A DNA stretch of 64,000 nt, from assembly GCA_002104945.1 (NCBI GenBank), contig MCFH01000031.1:186001-250000 (forward strand), in the 5' to 3' direction. This stretch comes from Piromyces finnis finn. Lineage: Eukaryota; Fungi; Neocallimastigomycota. The notes below the pieces were generated by a model. The model ran no database searches. It was given only the letters and a program-made list of their open reading frames with translations, and had not been told where the DNA came from. Positions 54,719-64,000 of this stretch are shown piece after piece. How positions within the stretch are numbered: position 1 is the first letter of the stretch; every line of letters starts with the position of its first letter. A program made the translations under genes and the position numbers.

Positions 54719-57007
54719 ATGCCAATTTTATCAGGAATATTCAAATCAAATGAAAAATATAATAATCAAATTGGATGTGAAATCACAAATGAGAATATAA
54801 AAACAGCACCTGATGATATAAATGATCATGTTAGTAGTAATACTAAAAATGAAAATAAAAAAAAATCTAATTTATCAGAGTTAATACCACTAGCAAAATC
54901 TAAAAAGAATAGTTCATGCTTTCAGTTACACTCCTATGATAATGTTTATTTAAGACGTGTAATAAATCCAATAAAAGAGGAACAACCTCCAAAATTTGAA
55001 AGAAGAAAATCTTTAAAAAATGAATTATTTAAAAACCTTAAAATTAACACTCTTTTTTCAGGATTTAAAGGATCATTAAATTCAGCACCTGTAAAAGAGG
55101 ATATAAATGAAAGTTCTAAATTAAAAAATGGTCCAAAAACAGCAGCTCTTGAAAAAAATTTCGATAAATTAAAGATTAGTGAATGTGATGAATCAGGACG
55201 AGCCGAAGAAGAAGAAGAACAATATCAGGATACTATTTGTAGTAGTGAACAAAATACAATATTTGACACCGATAATGAACATGATCAAAGTCATCCTAGC
55301 TTATATTCACATAGTGAAGATAACTTGAAATATGTTGAAAAAACTGCTGGGAGTACACCAACAGTATTTAAATATCATAATGAAAATACATTGGATATTA
55401 TTAGTGAGCAGAGTGATGATAATCATAGTACAACAGATAGTATAAACTTTCATAGTGAAAATATATTAGATACAAAAAAAAAAAATAAGAAACAAGGATT
55501 ATCTATTGATACATCTCAACCAAAAGAGAAAAAAAAGAAAAGTAAATTTTCTGCTATCATTACTCCAAGTTCAAAATCATTACCATGGATAAAAGACCGT
55601 AAAAAAAGTAAAAAAGAAAGTGTAGGTGTAGTAGTAGTAGTAAATAATCAACAATCAAATAATATTGAAATATATAATAAAAATAATAGTGAAACCCCAA
55701 CACCTACTCCTTCAACAGCATCCTCTAATGATTCACCATCTAAATCTTCTAAAAAGAAAAAAATGTTTTTTAGTAAAGAAGGAATGGTTGTTGCTAATGT
55801 AAAAGCTACAGATGTTCGAATTATTTCAAAAATGTATAATGAATATAAGGAAGATTTTCAAAAACGAGTTGAACTTGATTTTATATGTACAGAAGTGAAA
55901 AAATATGCATCATATAACCAATATTTTTATAATCCTACAGATTTAATCTATAATAACTCAAAAGCTTTTTTTTTTTATGAACCAACAATATCTATTGGTT
56001 CATTAAAAGACATATTAAAATGTAGTCAAGGATTTAAAAATGAAATGGAAATTTATATTGAAGAGATGTTATGCACATTTAAAAAATTAGTCAGTGCTGT
56101 TTACTGGCTTCATAATAACTACCAAGTTATTCATAGAAGAATTGATCCAAGTAAGTTTTAAAATAAAAAATATTAATTATCATAAATACTTTTAATGTTT
56201 ATTTTTAAAAATAATAATAATAATATAATATAAATAAATATAAATTAATAATAAAACAAAAAAAATATTAAAAAAATTATAATTTCTTATAATTTTAATT
56301 CAAAAAATTAGGTAGAATTTTATTTGATACTTCTGGTCAATTTAAATTAACTGGTTTAGAATGGGCCTTCCAAATAACAAATAATGATTCAATAAATATT
56401 CAGCGAGAATATAATTTCCATGAAGCTTTAGTTCATGATTTCAATAATTATGATAAAAATGAGCCTATATTCTTTGCTCCTGAAATATGTGAATTAAATT
56501 CGGACTATTTTACTAAAATCTCAACGAAAATTGATATATATAGTATGTATATGATATGCTTAATGAAATATATATAAAATGTTAAATTATTATTAAATAT
56601 TAAACCAACTTAATATTTATCTTTATATTATTATTTAAAAAAAAAAAAAAGGCTGTGGAATGATTCTTGCAGCAATGAATTTTGGTTATTCAAATTTATC
56701 AGCAATTACAATTGAACATGAACAACAAAAAAGATTTAATTTAAATAATAATGCCTCTTTTAAGGAAGATGTCAAATTAATAAAAAATCAACATTTAATT
56801 CCTGATATTATATACCAAATGTTAAAATGGAAACCGTATGATCGAATAAGCATGAAAGAAATTGTCGATTCAGATTGGTTTAAAAATATAAATGTATGTA
56901 GTACTACAAATGATGATATTTCTGCTACTCTAAATATATCAAATGATGAAATTATTCATACACACTTAAATATACCGGGCAAAAAATGTAAAATTACTAC
57001 ATCTTAA
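54719..57007 (+). CDS. Protein kinase-like protein (HAL/NPR-like), predicted pseudokinase; 3 exons (54719-56150, 56312-56542, 56652-57007)
   Basis: Long Ser/Lys/Asn-rich N-terminus; KEDFQKRVELDFIC, FKKLVSAVYWLH, FFAPEI, KIDIYSCGMIL, MLKWKPYDRISMKEI; catalytic loop reads HRRIDPSR. Confidence 0.8.
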
Positions 57008-57471
57008 TAAAACTACATCATTTTATTTTTATTATTATTTTATGTTTTTTTTTTTTTATTATTATTATTTTTTTAGTATTATTATCATATATTTGATTAA
57101 TTACAATAACAAATGACAAAATATGATGTTTGTCATAAATAAGTATTCAAGATTATAAATATTAATTTTATCAGAACATAAATATCAATAATGATAATAT
57201 TATTGTTATTGTTATTGTTATTATAAGCATACATCATAATTATCATAATACTTTCTGAATAAAAAAGAATTATTTTATAAAATTATCTTAAATATTATAA
57301 AATAAATATTAGCAATAACTACCATTTAATTTTGATAAATAAATAATACATTTTCATGAAATTTTATTTTATTTTTTTTTTTTTTATTTTTTTTTTTTTT
57401 TATGTAGATATAAATTTACATATGATATATAATAATTTATATTATAAATAATTATGTTTTATGAATAATAT

Positions 57472-60400
57472 TTAATGGGTATTTGAATTAAAATTATAAA
57501 TTGGTATTCCATAAATAACAGTGGAAGCACCAATTAAGAATTTTAATTTACAACGTCGACGAGCTAATACTAAAGCTTGGGACAAAGATAAAGAAAGTTC
57601 AAAATTTTTTGTTTTAAATTTTGAATTAAATCTGCTTTTATCATTATCACTATCATCATCATTATCATAATCATTATTATTATCATTATTATAGTATGAA
57701 GATATTACATGATCTTCAACAGTACTTAAAGTATTATTTGATAATGGTGAAATTACACCCCATTCCTCAAGAAGCCCTTGTGTTAAACGATCAATGTCTC
57801 TATCAGTAACATCCCAAAGATTTGCAGATAATGCAGGACTTTGTCCCAAAAGGTAATTTATAGAGTTACCAGTGGGGTCATAAGCCCCTGATGATTTTAA
57901 TAAACCACTACTACATCCCATTAGTAATGTTACTGCACATTTCTCTTTATTATGATTACGAATAGTACGACCTTTAATATAACATTCACCGCCTCCATGT
58001 CCAAAGTACCTTTAATACAATTATTAATAAATATTAATTATTATAGCTATTAATTAATCTGTTGAATATACTACTTCTTAATATATGATATTTTTCTAAT
58101 AATCATATTAATACTTACATAAATAATTGATAGTTACTTAGGCCATTCATATATTCTTTTTCTGTAGGGGCTTTACCTGAAAGACCTAACCAATGAGACT
58201 GTTGTTCAAATTGATATTGAAACTTATCTTGAGTATTTTTCAAATCACCACCAGGATTTAAAATATAATATGTGCTACATGCATCAATAATATATTTATC
58301 TGATGAATAAAAATTAATTTTACTATCTTTAGTATTCGAACTCGCTCTACGTTCATTTTCATTCTTTGTTAAAAGTATCCGATCGATAAGCATAGATAAT
58401 GAAAGCATTCTGGTTGTTGGTTTATCATATAATATTGGGAAGTTTTCCCAAGGAATAACCTCTGTTTCTTTATCTGGTATTATTATAACATGTTCATCAA
58501 AATCATATAAATCTAATTTGTTATACTTTTGTAATATTTTTCTGAGGATTCTTATATACTATTTTGTATATTATATGTTAAAAAAAATAGAATATGTAAT
58601 AATATATGATAATTAGTAATAAATTCATTACATTAAATAATATAAAAAAAAAATATTACCATATCAACATCAATATTATTATAATCAATTTTTATACCAC
58701 ATGATTGATAATAATCTAAAAAGTAATAAATAACATCTTCTAATTCACAATCCAATGTATCATTTTCTTTTAAATGTAAAAAACAATCGCAAATTTCTTG
58801 ATCAAACTCTAAAAAAGATTCTGAATCTAACTTTAGAACTATTCTACCAATAAAATTTTCTAATTCTTTTCTAAATTGAAAACGTTCTTTCATATATTCT
58901 TTAATTACTGGACAAAATACTCCTTTAAACCCTCCAATCCATTGAACTTCCATTTTAATCAAAAGTTCTTCAAGATGGCGATCCAAATCAATGCGTTCAT
59001 TCCACCAAAGAGCTTTTTCTTCACTAGAAATATTATTTACCTTTTCATCTTCAGTATAACCAGAATATTGAGTCATTTCTGCATTATTATTTTCCTTATA
59101 CAACAGCGTTTTTAAATATGAAATACCTTTTTCAAATTCATAAAAACCAGAGGTTTGTCCTTTTCGATAACTAATATGTCTTTTAATAGGAATATGAAGA
59201 ATCAGAGGTTGTTTATTTTTATGATATCGACAAAGGAAAAAGCAATTACGATCTTTATCATACGTTATACTGCATACTGTCCAATCATCTGGAATATTAT
59301 TAATATAATCATATTGGAATTTCTCTAAGTTAATAGTTTCTTCTTGTAAATATTTAGAATATAAAATATAATTTATGTCATTATTATTTAAAGACATATC
59401 TTGTAATTGTTTAATATCATCTTGATCTTGTTCTAATTTATTCTTAGGCCATGTGTTTTTAAAGATTCTTTCCTCTTTCTTTAACGAGCTTTGTAGCAAT
59501 TTATTGTTATAAATTTCAAAAAGTTCACGTGTATATGTTATACCTTTTGAAAATTCTTTATATATATATATAAAAAAATATTATTTTACAATTTAATCAA
59601 AATAACATAAATACATTAAATATTAAATAAGCACTATAATTACCCAATAAATAAGCACATTCTAATATAGTATCATTTGTTATTATTGATAAAGAAGATT
59701 GATAAGGTAAAAGAAATGATTTTATAATGTTAATATATAGATTGTAGAGAGATGCTTTTCTAAAAACTTCAGGAATATCCTTTCGGTAAGATATATTTAT
59801 TGCCTTTTTTAAATATTTTTCAATTGAATTTAATTGAGAAATGTTTAATGAATTATTATTATCATCATCATCATTCATCAAATAAATTTTATTTGACTTA
59901 TTAATTAATGATGAAGCTATAAATATTATATAAATATATATGTTAATTAAAAATAATTAAATAATATTCTTATTATTATTCTTATTTTTCTTATAATGCT
60001 TTTATTTTCGTTTTTGTTTTTTGTTTCTTTTAAAAAATTATTTACCTGATTCAAATATAAAATCCATATTAGGATTTAATGTCATTTTATGTATGAATTC
60101 TGTTAATAAAATATCAACACAGATCAAATATTCTTCAGCAGTAATAGGTTTTGTATGATTTATATCAATTTTGTTTAATGTTTCTTGTGTATTTAAATTT
60201 TTATAAATTAAAGCTATTAAAGAATTCAAATGAGTTTAGTATTTAAATTTTACTTATTTTATATTTACTTTATATTCGTTTTATATCAATACTTTGTTAA
60301 ATACCTTGTTGTAATAAAATATGATTAGTATAAATAAATAATGGATAGTAACATTTAGCCATATCATTTGCTGATACTTATATTAATAAAAAAAAAGAAA

Positions 60401-63400
60401 GAAAGAAAGAAAGAAAAGAAAAGAAAAAATAAAAATTAATATTACAATTTTTACTGTTTGAAATTGATATATACTATACAATATTAATAAAAAATTACTG
60501 GATTTTAGAGTATTTCCTTCATTTTTAACATCAATATTTCCACTATTAATATAAATAAATAAATTTGAATTACAACATTTATAAATATATATTATTTAAA
60601 CGAATATGATTATAATAAACATTACCTCATTTGATCCACTGATTTTCTATAGTCATCATTAATCATTATATTTATATATTTTTGAATTTTTTTAATTAAA
60701 TGGAGAGCTTGGTTATATTTTCTTCGTTCGACATATGATAAACATATATTAATTTCTAATTGAACATATTCCAAATAAAGAATATTATTTCTTATCTATT
60801 ATATTTATATTTCATAGTGTTAATTATGAACATTAATAATTATTTTGTAATCATTACACTCATTCTTACCATATTTATACTTTTAATAGCCTTATTATAA
60901 TATTTATCACTTTCTTCAATATTATGTTTTTTAAGTTCGAGATAGCCAAAATCTGTAGAAAACTTACAAATATATATATCAGACTGAATTAATTCTGCAA
61001 GTTGTAAACCTTCTTTAAAATAGCAAGAAGATTCACAAATAGAACCACGTTGAGAATATACATTTCCAAGTACTTTATAACATTCTAATAAATGCTGAAA
61101 TATAATAAAAAGTTGAAAATATTAATAAAAAAAAAAAAGAGAAAAAAAAAACATTCATCAATATTATTGAATATATATATCAATAGTTACAATCATAATT
61201 TTCCACTGAGAAGTTTGGATTAAATAATGATAAGGTGAATTAGAATCTTTACTATTCATTAAACTAAATTTTTTATGAGAATGAAGAATTATAAAATTAT
61301 TAATGAGGGAAAGTTGGTATAATAATATTTTGATCGCTACGTATAAGTTTCCCTAATGTAAAAATTAAAAATATAAATATTTATATTAATAATTATTATA
61401 ATTAAAATAATAAATAATAATAATGTATATAATGTATGTATAATTTTAAGAAAAATCTATTCAAACCTCTTTCATATTTAATATCCCCAATATATAATAA
61501 GAAAAGGATAGTATTATAGAATTAAACTGATTATTTGATTCACTAAACTTATCCATTATGTTATTTCTTTCAACAAAATTGGAAACTTTATCAAACAGTA
61601 TCTTACTATTATATTAAATAATAATAATAATAATAAGTAAGTTTTTTTTTTTAACATTAATGTTATTTAAAATATATATTAACAATAATAATACCATTTT
61701 TCTAATTCATTAATTGATACATAATAATATGACAAATATAAATGATAACATAACCATGAATATTGACTTGAACTAACTGTTAACTCCTTAAGTTGGTCTA
61801 ATTCTTCTATAGCTTGTTTTGAATAACCCATTTTAAGATATGTTTGTGATATGTTAATTAATATTTTAACTTTATCTATAAGTTTAATAAATATAAATAA
61901 TTATCAAATTTAAGAAATATTTCATATTAGTGATATTATAATTTATTATTATCAATAACAAAAAGAAAAAGAAGAAAAAGGAGAAGAAAGCTATAATTGA
62001 AAGAAAAAAAAAACTTACCATCCTCATATTTTTTATTTTTATTTGTTAATTCATTTAATAAGGATAAAACTCGAAGAGTGATAATTTTATATTTAAAATT
62101 CCCAAAAATATCAAAATAATCGGCCAAGTAATCTAATTAATTTGCAATAATTATTATCAATAATAAAAAAAATAAATAAATTTATATAAGCAATCTAAAA
62201 TTTCATTTATATATGTATAATATGTATATATATATATTATATACCAATATATAAATATGTCTGTTCTATATTATCAATATAGCAATCAATGATTTCTCTA
62301 TCTATAATAATAATAAAAAAAATTAATTATATAATAGTAGGGTTATTTGTAAGATAAGATATTAAATAAATATAATAATACCTTGTTTATATTTTAAAAG
62401 TGAAGAAAACAATTTATCCCAAGTTTTTAATGCTGTTTTAAAATACTTGATTTGTTTATCTTTTAACTTATTCATGATTATACCATAAATTGAATATGAA
62501 ATAGATAAATAATTATTTCTTTGATTTATTTTATTACTATCGTTTTTATAGTCCTAGAAAAGAAAAGTAGATAATATATTATTAATTTATAAATAAATAT
62601 AAATATAATTGAAAATATTATGTATTTATATTCAAAATATTCTGATAGTATTTATTATTTACATCTTTCTTTAATAGATTAATAATTGATTGGCATAAAT
62701 TTAAATGATCATTAACATTTTGAGGTTTCAATACTTTATATAAATGTAATTTTTTTAATTGAAACTTCGAATAAGTAAATGGATATAAGTTTTCGTCATA
62801 ATATTTTAGAATATAATCAATTGATTTAAATTGTTCATTTTCAGTATTATGTTTATTTTCTATAGCTTCTAAAGTTTGAAGTTCGTATTTCAAAATATTT
62901 AAAATATAACTTTCGAATTCTTTCTTGTTATATAAATTATTGGATAGAATTTCATCTAAAAAAAGATATGGATGTGTATCTATCATTGAAATAGAAAATC
63001 GGACATAATGTTCAATGATTTTGATAATATCATTACTTGATTTAGAATCTGAATAGTTAAATTTTTTATATTCATCCAAAGGTATCCGTTTAAAAGATTC
63101 AATTAAAGTATTTCTTGCAGTCTATATAAACCAAAACAAATTAATAAATAGAAGATAGCAGTAATAAAATACACATATTTATATATTATATATATATACC
63201 TCTTTTTCATGTATGTAATAATAACAGATAGCAAGCATATCTAATATATTAGCTAATTCCAACGATTGATCCTTTACTTTTAATAAAGTTTTGTATGAAA
63301 AATCAAATAGTGATATGGATTCTTTATAATATTTATTTTTATAAAGTTTAATTGCAATATTTGAATATGCTTTTGATATTTCTTTAAATCCATTGATACA

Positions 63401-64000
63401 TGAATATTTCTCTGCTAATTCTTTTGCTGCTTCAAGATAGTTATCAATATAAAGCCATGTATTATAATCTTCAAATATGAAACATAAATTTGATAATAAA
63501 GTTTCACATTTAATAATTATTGAAACCAGCTCTTTCTTGTGCTAATATATTAAAATAATATTAATATTATTATAGATAAATGATATATTATTATAAAATA
63601 AAAAAAAAATAATTATAAATAAGAATGATTATAATAAATACACAAATTAAATTAATATTTTATAATATATTGATATTTTACCTGATATAACTTTTTCAAA
63701 AGAAGAAAATTAAGCAAAGAAATGATTTTTTCAAATAAATTAATTAATGATTTTCGTTGTTTGGTTAATAAGGTAGATGTTTTTTTGCTATTAAAAAGAT
63801 ATAAATTTTGATTGATAATTTTTATAAAAGTTTCAATCGAATTTATAATTTGTTGGGTATTATCGTTTTCAATAGCAGGTATATTTATTGATGATGAAAA
63901 GGCTTGTTTAGTTAATTCAATGAAATCTAGTTGTTTTTCAACATATTGATAGCTTTCATGATAAAATTTTGATTTATCTAATATATAATATAAATATATC
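57472..64000 (-). CDS. ESP1: Separase (peptidase C50), multi-exon; 5' part lies beyond the window
   Basis: YYILNPGGDLKNTQ, catalytic YFGHGGGE and LMGCSSG, ANLWDVTDRDID, LWWNERIDLD, KFLIGASTVIYGIP. Confidence 0.96.

Overview
An extremely AT-rich, intron-dense eukaryotic window with long (AAT)n arrays. Composition and gene content (solute-binding-protein class C GPCR, type-1 LeuA) point to an anaerobic gut fungus (Neocallimastigomycota); this is inference. Hand-spliced genes in order: FG-nucleoporin (partial), intronless LMBR1-like protein, LIS1/PAC1, long-chain acyl-CoA synthetase, PIP5K/MSS4, a ~23-exon class C GPCR, a Gly/Tyr-rich 2-EF-hand protein, leuA, DMC1, a single-pass membrane protein, EMC10, U1-70K, a HAL/NPR-like pseudokinase and separase (partial). 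Strongest leads: (1) the GPCR appears to splice in frame to an N-terminal catalytically dead GH10 xylanase-like barrel, making a candidate xylan-sensing receptor; (2) a densely base-paired ~290-nt intergenic element that matches no RNA family I can recognise; (3) a URS1-like GC motif upstream of an intact DMC1. All exon structures and RNA folds were derived by eye and need RNA-seq or computational confirmation.
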